From an uncultured Methanomicrobiales archaeon (lineage in GTDB: Archaea > Halobacteriota > Methanomicrobia > Methanomicrobiales > Methanospirillaceae), in contig CAVWXH010000007.1 in NCBI GenBank assembly GCA_963758915.1, forward strand, positions 1 to 64,000: DNA of 64,000 nucleotides, given 5' to 3'. The first letter of the stretch is position 1; each line of letters opens with the position of its first letter. The notes beneath the pieces were generated by a model. That model saw only the letters and a list, made by a program, of their open reading frames with translations. It did no database searches and was not told the origin of the DNA. Shown here piece after piece: positions 33,283 through 43,073 of this stretch. Position numbers and translations under genes: made by a program.

Positions 33283-34806
33283 TTGCACCAGGAACACAGT
33301 ACAGCGTCAGGAATACGGCTGATAACCGCTGTTATTTTCATTATCCTTCTTATACTGCCAGGTGTGGCCTTCGCAGAGACTCTGGTAAATAATACCTCAG
33401 GCCACAATAGCACGACCAGTGTAGTAAAGGGGATCACCAGCCAGCTGCCAACACAGGACCCTGTGCTACCCCTGGCCCGGGAAAACACGACCGTTACCGT
33501 CAATCCACCTCCCACCCTCGTCCTCGGTACACCCAGGATTGAAAATCTCACCATTACCATGTACGGGGCAGTCGCTCCCGGCTCGGTGAACGTGACCCTG
33601 CTGTACACCCGCTGGGACTGGGGGGACAACCGCACACCGGAATACCATGGGTTCCCGTACTCGCATGTCTATGGCAGTCCCGGGACGTATACCATCTCGA
33701 TCACCGCCATGCAGTCAGACGGGCAGAATACCACCAAAACTACGACTATTTCCGTGGTGCAACCCATCATCATTTATTCGCTTCCCGTGACGCAGAATAC
33801 CTCTGCCCCGGGAGCTCCGGGGCGACCCGCCATGATAGCAGGTGTACCGGTACTGACCCTCCTTGAACCGGTGATCGACAGGATGAATGTCACACTGAAC
33901 GGGAATCTCAATCCCGGATCACCGGGTGCCGCCATCGAGTCGGTGAGTGTTGACTGGAATGACGGAAACATCACGAGATCTTCCGATCTCCCGGTAACTC
34001 ACCAGTACTCCGGTTTCGGGATTTACACTATCAGCATTACAGGAAACCAGTCCGACAACCAGTCAACCACCAGGAGACTTACACTGGACCTGAAGGAAGA
34101 GAAAAACGGCTTCCCCGACCTCAACGGACCTGCCGCATCAGGCCCTCCGCCAGTTGAACCTCCGGTGTACCTCATTATACTCGTTACAGTCGTCATCGTA
34201 GTGGCCACCATTGCCGTTGTGCAGCGGATCGCTCAGCGGAGGAAAGGATCGCTCCATGCCGGGGAGGTCCCGAAAAAATATTCACCGAGAGCAGGTCTGA
34301 TGCCGGTTAAACCGCTTTCACCGGAAGAACTAGGTACGATATGCTCCGGGACCGACGTTACACCGGGCGTGCTTGGTTCAGTCATCGGCGTCGCCATTGA
34401 AATTGCCCGGGAAGGGCGTGAGGGACAGGCGATCGGGACGTCCTTTATTGTCGGCGATAGTGGTAACGTACTGAACAATTCGAAACAGTTTGTCTTAAAC
34501 CCGTTCTATGGTTACCCTGAGGCCAAACGACAGATAACTGATGTTGAAATTCGAGGAAATATCAAGGAATTTGCCCAGCTGGACGGGGCGTTCCTCATCA
34601 CCGGCACCGGGGTCGTCGAGGCGGCAGGGAGGTGTATTACCGTAGACATGAGCCAGGTGGAACTTCCCGGGGGGATGGGGTCACGGCATTCGTCAGTCGC
34701 CGGAATAACCCAGGTCACCAAGGCAATAGGGGTCGTTGTCTCGCAGAGCGGTGGCCTGATCTCCATTTTCAGGGATGGAAAGATCGTTTACACTATCAAT
34801 TCGTGA
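33283..34806 (+). CDS. Membrane-anchored diadenylate cyclase with two extracellular PKD-like domains
   Basis: Signal peptide, WDWGD and VDWNDG PKD motifs, TM helix + RRK, DAC domain EGREG..IGTSF, EFAQLDGAF, GSRHSS, VSQSGG. Confidence 0.85.
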   Translation: MHQEHSTASGIRLITAVIFIILLILPGVAFAETLVNNTSGHNSTTSVVKGITSQLPTQDPVLPLARENTTVTVNPPPTLVLGTPRIENLTITMYGAVAPGSVNVTLLYTRWDWGDNRTPEYHGFPYSHVYGSPGTYTISITAMQSDGQNTTKTTTISVVQPIIIYSLPVTQNTSAPGAPGRPAMIAGVPVLTLLEPVIDRMNVTLNGNLNPGSPGAAIESVSVDWNDGNITRSSDLPVTHQYSGFGIYTISITGNQSDNQSTTRRLTLDLKEEKNGFPDLNGPAASGPPPVEPPVYLIILVTVVIVVATIAVVQRIAQRRKGSLHAGEVPKKYSPRAGLMPVKPLSPEELGTICSGTDVTPGVLGSVIGVAIEIAREGREGQAIGTSFIVGDSGNVLNNSKQFVLNPFYGYPEAKRQITDVEIRGNIKEFAQLDGAFLITGTGVVEAAGRCITVDMSQVELPGGMGSRHSSVAGITQVTKAIGVVVSQSGGLISIFRDGKIVYTINS

Positions 34807-34939
34807 GTCAGACAAGATTGATGGTGAACGGGAGTAGCGATTCTGCCCTTTTCGGATCAGGGGTACGCAATGTACAGGCTTTATCCCGGGGACTTTTGAG
34901 CCTGCCACGCCGTAGTACCAGGTGATCCTCTCGCTTTTC

Positions 34940-35313
34940 TGGCTGGTATGAAAAACTCCGGCAAAACAATCTGAAAGGCCACCTTTTTCATGCCCATCTA
35001 TGAGCCAAAAGGCTCATAGCACGCTCTGTAGAAACCCTGCATAATTAAAAAAAAGCAGATAGGTAAGACCAGGAGGGGGTTTCACCCCCCCTGTCCCACC
35101 CCCGATAAGATATTCATTGGCAGGTTTCAATTGGGACATTCAGGGGAATTTCAGAGATTAAAGAGATTATTCCTTATCCCAACCAGGGTCGCCAAAGCGG
35201 CGGGAGAGCCCTGGGAGGGTGACGAAATTTTGGAATTACCAAAAATCTCGTAAGATAGATTTGATAGGGTTTCAACAAAACCGGAATAACACTTTTTTGG
35301 CGGGTATCAGCCA
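34940..35313 (+). mobile_element. Composite MITE/REP-like element, copy A (outer flank + hairpin + inner TIR-bounded module)
   Basis: Outer ends TGGCTGGTA / TATCAGCCA; hairpin CTATGAGCC-AAAA-GGCTCATAG; inner inverted repeats 35023-35038 and 35266-35281 (13/16 match); homologues at 9777, 50845, 63293. Confidence 0.7.
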
Positions 35314-35386
35314 CTTTTGGGCGATTATTCCGGATATTTTTCCGTGATGAAGACCGGTTAACATTTATTGCCTACGGATGGATCCC

Positions 35387-36094
35387 TTATCCGGTTTTTC
35401 TTCCATACGGGCAGATATACAGGCACAGGCCGCAGACCCCGACACCACGCGACTTCTCCAGCTCTTTGAAATACCGGTCACAAGCTGCAGCATCGAAGCG
35501 TACCTCACGCGGCTCATCACGGACAAATAATCTGCCGGTAAAGGCGTGCTGCGGGCAGATATCCACACACGCAGTGCATTCACCGCACTGCTGTTCAACA
35601 GGCGATCCGGTCGGGCGGAGTGGCGCATCGGTAAGAATGGTCACCCACCTGGCCCGGGGGCCGTGTTCAGGGGTGATCAGCAGGCAGCTCTTCCCGATCC
35701 AGCCCAGTCCTGCAAGATGTGCTGCGAGTTTGTGAGAGAATATGCCACTGATGTGATCATCATCCGTCCGCTTTGATGCCGGAATCGGAAACGCATCGAA
35801 TCCGGCCCGCCGCAACGTGTTTGCCACCCGAAGCGCCATCTGGTCAAGGGCGATGTTGACTACATCGTAACTGCTGTGACGATACAGGATTGCAGCGGCA
35901 GATTCTTTTTCCGGCAGGAGATTGACAAGATTATCCTGCAAAACCATACCGATGGTTATCGCTCCCGGATAGCGGGCAACCCGTTTCCCTCCCTGCGCCA
36001 GAATAAAATCATGTGCAGAAGAGAGATCAGCTACACCGAAATAGTCAGCATCCAGGGAGTGGGCAAGAGTCCTGATTTGTGCATCCAGATCCAT
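35387..36094 (-). CDS. Epoxyqueuosine reductase/reductive dehalogenase-like 4Fe-4S protein
   Basis: HKLAAHLAGLGWIGKSCLLITPEHGP, CGECTACVDICP, CGLCLYICP; start set at MDLDAQ. Confidence 0.85.
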   Translation of the reverse strand: MDLDAQIRTLAHSLDADYFGVADLSSAHDFILAQGGKRVARYPGAITIGMVLQDNLVNLLPEKESAAAILYRHSSYDVVNIALDQMALRVANTLRRAGFDAFPIPASKRTDDDHISGIFSHKLAAHLAGLGWIGKSCLLITPEHGPRARWVTILTDAPLRPTGSPVEQQCGECTACVDICPQHAFTGRLFVRDEPREVRFDAAACDRYFKELEKSRGVGVCGLCLYICPYGRKTG

Positions 36095-36240
36095 AGGCAC
36101 CAGGCATATACCGATAGGATATTCGGACATTTCAGAATAGCGGTCAGACCCGGACGCTTGAGGGTGGTGCTGTGTAGTCAGGGAGATCGGACGCGACAGA
36201 CAAAAATCCTCATCTTCCAGCGCACCCAACACCTTCTTCC

Positions 36241-37620
36241 ATGTACGGGAACGGTGAGAAACGGGTCCTCCTGGTCGTGGCCTCACTTGCATCCTTTCTC
36301 GTCCCGTATACCGTCTCTTCGCTGAATGTGGCACTGCCGGCCATCAGTGCATCGTTTGGTATCGACGCCGTGATGCTGGGCTGGGTTACATCGGCATACC
36401 TGCTTACAGCCGCGATCTGCATCGTCCCGTTTGGCAGGCTTGCCGATATGTATGGGCGGAAGCGGTTTTTCATCCTGGGAAACGCCCTTTTCGCGTTGGG
36501 ATCGCTCCTTGCCGCCATCTCGTGGTCGGGCCCTGCCATTATCACGGCCCGGGTCATCCAGGCACTTGGGGGTGCGATGGTGTTCTCTACTTCGATTGCC
36601 ATCGTCACTTCTGTCTTCCCGCCCGGGGAACGGGGGCGGGCCATCGGGATTATCACGGCGACAGTGTACGCGGGACTCTCGCTTGGACCATTCATCGGCG
36701 GCGTCCTTACCTACAACATCGGGTGGCCCGCCATCTTCCTTGTCAATATCCCCCTCGCACTTCTCGTGATCGGGCTCACCGTTCTGTATATCCCCGGAGA
36801 ATGGACGGGAACGAACGAACGACGTTTCGATCTGGCCGGTGCAGCCCTGTACAGCCTGATGCTGTTCGGCTGCATCTACGGCCTTACCCAGCTGCCATCT
36901 CAATCCGGGATCTTCTGGGTGGTGTCCGGCCTGGTGATCCTCGCCCTGTTTGTCTGGTGGGAGCAACGGGTGCCGGCACCAATGGTCGAGATCTCGTTGT
37001 TCAGGAAGAGCCCTGTTTTTCTCTTCTCGAATATTGCAGCCCTGATCAACTATGCCATGGTCTTCGCCGTCGGGTTCCTCCTCAGCCTGTACCTGCAGTA
37101 TAACCGTGGTATAGACCCCCAGACCACGGGACTGATTCTCATCGCACAGCCGGTTGTCCAGATGATCGTCTCCCCGGTTGCAGGCCACCTCTCGGACAGG
37201 ATCGAGCCCCGGCTCCTGGCCACTGCCGGAATGGCGATTACCACGGCCGGCCTCGGCGTCCTGATGTTCCTCTCCCCGGGAACACCGCTCCTCGTCGTTA
37301 TCGGGGGGCAGGTTATTCTCGGCCTCGGGTATGGCCTGTTCTCATCGCCGAACACCAACGCCATCATGAGTTCCGTGAAGGTGCGGTACCTCGGTCTCGC
37401 TTCCAGCATGGTCTCCACGATGAGGGCCATCGGCCAGATGCTCAGCCTCGCCATTGCCATGCTCGTGTTTTCTGCGGTCATCGGGACGGTGCCTATCACA
37501 CCTGAGGTATATCCCGAACTTCAGCAAAGTGTCAATATCGCGTTTGCAATCTTTTTCGTCATCGGCCTGGTTGGTATAGCCGCATCGTATGCCCGGGGGA
37601 CGGGGCGTGAAGGCGTGTGA
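36241..37620 (+). CDS. MFS transporter (DHA2-like)
   Basis: GRLADMYGRKR, ERGRAIG, GPFIGG, SPNTNAIMSSV; many TM helices. Confidence 0.92.
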   Translation: MYGNGEKRVLLVVASLASFLVPYTVSSLNVALPAISASFGIDAVMLGWVTSAYLLTAAICIVPFGRLADMYGRKRFFILGNALFALGSLLAAISWSGPAIITARVIQALGGAMVFSTSIAIVTSVFPPGERGRAIGIITATVYAGLSLGPFIGGVLTYNIGWPAIFLVNIPLALLVIGLTVLYIPGEWTGTNERRFDLAGAALYSLMLFGCIYGLTQLPSQSGIFWVVSGLVILALFVWWEQRVPAPMVEISLFRKSPVFLFSNIAALINYAMVFAVGFLLSLYLQYNRGIDPQTTGLILIAQPVVQMIVSPVAGHLSDRIEPRLLATAGMAITTAGLGVLMFLSPGTPLLVVIGGQVILGLGYGLFSSPNTNAIMSSVKVRYLGLASSMVSTMRAIGQMLSLAIAMLVFSAVIGTVPITPEVYPELQQSVNIAFAIFFVIGLVGIAASYARGTGREGV

Positions 37621-37660
37621 TCCAGGTGGCAGGCCAGCCTCCAAGATCAATTTTGCATGG

Positions 37661-38740
37661 TTAATTCCTGCTGGACCATACCAGAACCCCCGATGCCATT
37701 GCAAGCAGGGGGCCCACTATAAAACCTGACCAGGACAATAAACCGAGGAGCCCGAGCAGTAGTAATTCAAGGACTGCACGTGATGGAATAGTACCTCGAT
37801 CCGACAGGCCCAACGAGATTTTAAGAAGAAAAATTCCCAGGATAACCGGGACCAGAATAACAATCAAGGTGACAAAGATCTTGGGAACATATCCGGTTAA
37901 CGATGCAGCATGAAGCAACTGTAACATGGTGACCGCCGCACCTCCGACATAAAACAGGCCGGCTGTTGCAGCCAGCCATGCCGGCACGCTCAACAGCACC
38001 CCGGTTTTTTTCTGGCGAAGGAACAGAAGCACCATCCCACCAATTACGATGGAAAAAAACGGGGCAATTATTATTACAAGCGACTGGCCTTCCCATTCAT
38101 GAATACCAATCACTGAATAGGGTATTGTGAGCCATTCGACCGTGGTAAACTGTTCATTTGACCCCGGCGCAAGGCTGTATTTTCCTCCCTCACTTCCATA
38201 GATGGCAACATAATAATCCCCGGGCTCCGTAATTTTTTCCCTGAACCGTGCAACCTCATAGACTGGCTGGGGTGTAAATGGTTCAAAGGACGGAATGCCG
38301 GGCTTTGAGCCAGGTATCACCTTCGCACCAGAACCCGGTGGAATTTCAATAAACGGCGGGACCTCACCAGAGTTTGTAATTCCCGGCCCGATAATTACTA
38401 TTGATGGGACCATGGAGTCCGGCCCTGGTACCTGGAGTGATCCCGAAAGTAACTGCCCGTTTTCCATGGTGAACTGGTAGTAACTGGCTTCATTTCCTTC
38501 ATCGAGTCCGGTATAAATTACAAATGATTTTTCAGGTTCAGAAATTTTTGTGGCATTTGAAAGTTGCCTATTTGAACCAGCATCAAGTGGTGCATGGGCG
38601 GTTACAGGTGTGATCACATAAAAAGAGAGTATGAGGACCACCAGGAGAAATGTCCGGAAATAAATCCAGTATTCATGATACACCAATAGATTACCCTGAG
38701 TTATTTGGATTTTTCGCCAGGATCCAATGGTGCGAAGCAT
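37661..38740 (-). CDS. Hypothetical membrane protein with an extracellular N-domain and several C-terminal TM helices
   Basis: Signal-like segment ending VTA-HAP, FEPFTP motif, hydrophobic C-half; start uncertain. Confidence 0.75.
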   Translation of the reverse strand: MLRTIGSWRKIQITQGNLLVYHEYWIYFRTFLLVVLILSFYVITPVTAHAPLDAGSNRQLSNATKISEPEKSFVIYTGLDEGNEASYYQFTMENGQLLSGSLQVPGPDSMVPSIVIIGPGITNSGEVPPFIEIPPGSGAKVIPGSKPGIPSFEPFTPQPVYEVARFREKITEPGDYYVAIYGSEGGKYSLAPGSNEQFTTVEWLTIPYSVIGIHEWEGQSLVIIIAPFFSIVIGGMVLLFLRQKKTGVLLSVPAWLAATAGLFYVGGAAVTMLQLLHAASLTGYVPKIFVTLIVILVPVILGIFLLKISLGLSDRGTIPSRAVLELLLLGLLGLLSWSGFIVGPLLAMASGVLVWSSRN

Positions 38741-39054
38741 CCCTGAAAAGAGGGACGAAATTATTCCATGAAATCATTTCCTGTACCCGGTAATTCCTTA
38801 CACTCGTAACAGAAGGGGGGGGCCCGGGGTATAACCAGGGGCCCATCTCCCGTGCTTGTAATTTTCCGTAACCGGAAACAACAGGTCACGCAATCGTCAT
38901 AGCCGATAGCGGCCCATTTATCACCCCTTAAGGTCTTAATTCCAATTCAGACCAGTATTTGAAGGAAATTATCACATCATGCCCGACCGGATATCCCAGC
39001 CACTACACCAGTTCCTGGTAAAAAGACCTCTTAATGGCCCCGGGTTTTAACTAT

Positions 39055-39627
39055 TTAGTAAAGCAGGTTGCTTTGCGTTATTCTCACGGGAATAGTCCTG
39101 GAAATACTCGTCGGGGCCCCTGATTCCGGTAAGAGTTCCAGGGTAAACTGTTCATTTGGCAACAGGGGATGGGGCGGGCATGCACGTATGGTAATGATCT
39201 GGTTATTGTTGATGAGGTTGACCGGGCCTGGGCCTGAATTTCCATCAATGGCTGACCATTGCCCGGCCACCGGGGTTGTCCTGTTAAAATTAAGCTTCGC
39301 CGGGGTAGCATTATTTGTGCTCCAGGTGATACTCAGCCTCGAATAGTCCACCGGTATACCCCCAACAGCAGGGCCGACACTGAACTGAATTGTTTCAATA
39401 GCAGAGATATCATTATTCGAGATACCATATACGTCCCCTTTTAACGCAATATTCCCTGATGTCTGGGCTATACCTGCCTGGATGACCTGCTGGCTCTTTT
39501 GTGTGCTAAAAAAGCCTGCCCCCAGCATCACATATGAGAATACCGCAGCCACGACAACGAATGCAATCAGGACCATTGAGGCCTCGAGACCGGTGAATGC
39601 TTCATTACCCATAAATAATTTCACCAT
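39055..39627 (-). CDS. flaB: Archaellin (archaeal flagellin)
   Basis: Class III signal EA/FTGLEASMVLIAFVVVAAVFSYVMLGAGFFSTQKSQ. Confidence 0.9.
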   Translation of the reverse strand: MVKLFMGNEAFTGLEASMVLIAFVVVAAVFSYVMLGAGFFSTQKSQQVIQAGIAQTSGNIALKGDVYGISNNDISAIETIQFSVGPAVGGIPVDYSRLSITWSTNNATPAKLNFNRTTPVAGQWSAIDGNSGPGPVNLINNNQIITIRACPPHPLLPNEQFTLELLPESGAPTSISRTIPVRITQSNLLY

Positions 39628-39697
39628 TTTTCAATTGGCTCCTGGTAACAAAGCAGAAGAGAGTGAGGGAACTAAACAAAAAAACGCCCGGACTCTT

Positions 39698-40162
39698 TCA
39701 TTTTCTACCGGAGAAACATTGTATTTCCCTGATTTTTACGCCCGGGAATGACTGTCCTGATTCCTGACCTTCATAAGGCATCGAGAAGTGTATCTGTTCA
39801 AAACGCCAGGCCCTGCCGGTATTTTTCAGGACGGCAGTCATCCTTCCAAGCATCCGGACCTGGTTGTCCCCGATAATTGCAGAAAATTCACTCCAGCAGG
39901 TGACCCAGGCCACCCGGCCCTCCCCATTGATACTCATTGCAGGAAACCCGAGGTATAAAGATTTCGCCTGATTAAAATCCCGTGCAATGCCAGCAAGAAG
40001 TTCCTTTTTGCCCTGGAACACTTCATCAGGACCACTTCCAAACCCGATAATATCCGGGGAACAGATCCTGGCAATACCCTGTTTGTCTTTTTTATGGTAC
40101 GCCTCCATATATTGCGCGAACGTCTCGATAATTTCCAGTTCCTGCTTTTCGGATAATGCCAT
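39698..40162 (-). CDS. NTF2/SnoaL-like protein
   Basis: GFGSGPDE, RMTAVL, WRFEQIHFSMP, GQSFP. Confidence 0.85.
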   Translation of the reverse strand: MALSEKQELEIIETFAQYMEAYHKKDKQGIARICSPDIIGFGSGPDEVFQGKKELLAGIARDFNQAKSLYLGFPAMSINGEGRVAWVTCWSEFSAIIGDNQVRMLGRMTAVLKNTGRAWRFEQIHFSMPYEGQESGQSFPGVKIREIQCFSGRK

Positions 40163-40407
40163 ATAATGCCCTTGTTCACCAGTTTATTTAAACTATTCAA
40201 TTTTGACTCCCAAAATATCATGCCAGATTCTGTCGCTGTTTCCACGCAGGAAGGGCAGAGTGGCGGGGGAACCTTATTCAGCACGACATCATATCAGGGG
40301 TAACCCAATGTAAACCCTTCATTTGCGTTTGAACGTCAGACCGGGGATCTGCAAGACCTGCATAAACACTGGCTATTAAAAAAAAGACTGGATGTATCTT
40401 TTTCCGA

Positions 40408-40998
40408 TCATCCAAGAGGTGCAACGGTCCTGCCATAAATATCGTTTAAGACAGGTGCAAATGCGGTGTAAATGGCCGCAAATCCGCTGATGATCCCCAC
40501 ATAGCCTCCGATCACCGTGAGAGTGCTGTTCCCGGTTGCAGCCCCTGCAGCGAGCAGGAAGAAGAGAAGGGCAAGCGTTCCAAGTACAAACTGGAGTGCT
40601 TTCGACATCTTTAAAGAACCGATAAACAGTATTGTCGTGAAAATACCCCACAATGCAAGGTATGCGGCGATTGCACCCGCACCCCCGGTAGTCTGTGCAA
40701 GACCGAGCACCGGAAGGAGGAGGAGGGCACCGAAGGAAAACCAGAACAGCCCATATGACGCATATGCCACCATCCCGTAGGTATTCCCTTTCTTCCACTC
40801 CATAAGGCCGGCAACAAATTGTGCGATCCCACCATAAAAGATGACCATGCCGAGGATCATCGATCCAACCTCGATCAACCCGGCGTTTGCAAGACCAAGG
40901 AGGACCCCGGTCATCCCGTAACCAAGGAGACCAAGTGCCCCTGCCCCCGCAGTGATATCCTTAATTTTAATAACTGACTCTCTCTCGTGTTCGCTCAT
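40408..40998 (-). CDS. GPR1/FUN34/YaaH (SatP) acetate uptake transporter
   Basis: ALGLLGYGMT, FYGGIAQ, GNTYG..AYASYGLFW; six TM helices. Confidence 0.92.
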   Translation of the reverse strand: MSEHERESVIKIKDITAGAGALGLLGYGMTGVLLGLANAGLIEVGSMILGMVIFYGGIAQFVAGLMEWKKGNTYGMVAYASYGLFWFSFGALLLLPVLGLAQTTGGAGAIAAYLALWGIFTTILFIGSLKMSKALQFVLGTLALLFFLLAAGAATGNSTLTVIGGYVGIISGFAAIYTAFAPVLNDIYGRTVAPLG

Positions 40999-41201
40999 AA
41001 GAATACTCCTCGTTGAGTAAAGTCAATGGTGGGCTGGGATTGTATATATGGAAGATCTATTTCCTTCTATCAGACCACATTTAAAATCACTGTAAAGCGG
41101 TTACTATAAGACAGGTCCTTCATCATTGGAAACCTGGTGTGGGATACATCCGGTTAATTCAATGATACTTTTATTCCCGGTGTGGTCTCAACTACTAGTT
41201 C

Positions 41202-42863
41202 ATGCAGACGAAGACCGGGGTCAGTCTGAAACGCTATAAGGAGATCGCGGAGGTCCTTTATGAATGGGGATTTGTCTCCACTGTCCTCGAGGACCTCTCA
41301 CCGGGCCTTAGAAACATGGATATCAGTACAAGGCTCCACCCGCAAATCCGTGGTATGACCGTGTATGAACGCATGCGGCACGTGCTTGAGGACCTGGGCC
41401 CGACATTTGTAAAATTCGGCCAGATCCTTTCTACCAGGCGTGAGATGATATCACCCGAGATGTATGAGGAACTGATAAAACTCCAGGACAAGGTGCCCCC
41501 GGTATCATTCGAAGAGCTCCGTGCTACCGTGGAGGAATACTGCGGTCCGATCGACGACGTATTCCTGGAGTTTGATACGAAGCCGTTTGCTGCAGCTTCC
41601 GTATCACAGGTCCATAAGGCGGTGCTCAGGGACGGGACCGTTGTTGCCGTCAAAATCCAGCGTCCCGGCATCAGGGAAGCAATCGAGACCGACCTCCCGC
41701 TCTTCGAAAACCTGGCCGAGCGGATCGAGAAACTATCACCTGATGCACGGGTATTCAACCCGAAGATCATGGTGCAGGAGTTTGCGGTCCAGATCCGGAA
41801 GGAACTGGATTTCACCCACGAAGGAAAAAATTCAGAGATTATTGCGGCCAGCATGGCAGATATCCCGGAGATTAAAATCCCGAAGATCTTCTGGCAATAT
41901 TCCGGGGAAAAAGTCCTCACCATGGAATTCGTGGAGGGGTGCCGGATCGACGATGTTGAAATCATCAGGTCGTATAATGTGGACCCGGTGCACATCGCGG
42001 ATATTGGTTTTCACGCATATATCAGGCAGATATTCAGGGACGGGTTTTTCCATGCCGACCCTCACCCGGGTAACCTCCTTGTCTCCCCCGAAGGCCGGCT
42101 GATATTTCTTGACTTCGGGATGGTCGTCCTGATCCGGCCGGAACGACGCAAGATCTTCATCAAGGTGCTGATGTCCATCGTCGGGTGCGATGTCGATACC
42201 CTCGTTGAAAGTTTCGAGAAACTCGGGCTTGAATTTCAGCCTGAAGATATCGAGCCGTTAAAAGACGAACTGTATGCCGCCCTCCGCGAGTACCAGACTT
42301 CTGAACTCGGCCAGCTGAATGTCGGGAGTGCCATGGACTCCCTGCCAAAAATTATGCAGAAATATAACGTGGCTGTGCCGGCTTCCCTGATGATGGTGCT
42401 GAAAGTCATCTGGATGATCTTTGCCGTTGCGGTTAAACTGGACCCGGGGTTCAATTTTAACCAGAGAGTAAAACCATATTTCGACGAGATTATAGAGGGT
42501 AGTTATCTCTCGCCCGATACCCTGAAAAAACTCCCGCTCTCGTTCATGGAAATGGCCGAGGGAGTTATGAACATCCCGAAGGCAATTAACCATACGCTCA
42601 ATACCATTGGAAAAGGAGATTTCAAACTGGAGGTCGAAGTAGACGACATGAAGACCCTCTCCACCAGTATCCAGCAGGCGTCAGGGAGGGTAATGGTATC
42701 GGTGATTATCGCGGCAATCGTTATAGGTTCTTCGATCGTGGTTCACGCCCTGGCATCAGGTACCGTAATCATGGGCAACCTCTTCTATGCCGTCTTCATG
42801 GTATATTTCATCGCGATCATTATCGGGATCGTAGCCTTGTATACAACACTGGCAAAAAAATAG
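41202..42863 (+). CDS. AarF/UbiB (ABC1) atypical kinase
   Basis: LGPTFVKFGQ, AAASVSQVH, VAVKIQRP, FHADPHPGN, LDFGM; C-terminal TM helices. Confidence 0.93.
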   Translation: MQTKTGVSLKRYKEIAEVLYEWGFVSTVLEDLSPGLRNMDISTRLHPQIRGMTVYERMRHVLEDLGPTFVKFGQILSTRREMISPEMYEELIKLQDKVPPVSFEELRATVEEYCGPIDDVFLEFDTKPFAAASVSQVHKAVLRDGTVVAVKIQRPGIREAIETDLPLFENLAERIEKLSPDARVFNPKIMVQEFAVQIRKELDFTHEGKNSEIIAASMADIPEIKIPKIFWQYSGEKVLTMEFVEGCRIDDVEIIRSYNVDPVHIADIGFHAYIRQIFRDGFFHADPHPGNLLVSPEGRLIFLDFGMVVLIRPERRKIFIKVLMSIVGCDVDTLVESFEKLGLEFQPEDIEPLKDELYAALREYQTSELGQLNVGSAMDSLPKIMQKYNVAVPASLMMVLKVIWMIFAVAVKLDPGFNFNQRVKPYFDEIIEGSYLSPDTLKKLPLSFMEMAEGVMNIPKAINHTLNTIGKGDFKLEVEVDDMKTLSTSIQQASGRVMVSVIIAAIVIGSSIVVHALASGTVIMGNLFYAVFMVYFIAIIIGIVALYTTLAKK

Positions 42864-42884
42864 TATGGTGTCAGGGCTCCCGGA

Positions 42885-43073
42885 TCACACACTTTTTACC
42901 AGTTTCCATCCAAAAAATAGTGCTACTACCCCAAGAAGGATACATAGGAACCCGATAATTTTCTCAAAGAAGAGCATAATTGCAGACAGGTTAAACAGGA
43001 AGGCTATCCCCAGGATGACCAGGATAATACCAACGATAAATGAGATAAGGGCAATCCAATCCATTGTTATCAT
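42885..43073 (-). CDS. Small two-TM membrane protein
   Basis: Two hydrophobic helices; AT-rich TATA-like sequence upstream. Confidence 0.6.
   Translation of the reverse strand: MITMDWIALISFIVGIILVILGIAFLFNLSAIMLFFEKIIGFLCILLGVVALFFGWKLVKSV

Noticed and set aside
36095-36334. N-terminal extension of the QueG-like ORF
   Set aside because: It overlaps the divergent MFS gene; family similarity begins near 36094
36283-37188. Long antisense and alternate-frame ORFs (e.g. 301 aa here, 41258-41995, 8601-9224)
   Set aside because: Shadows of GC-rich real genes, with no motifs
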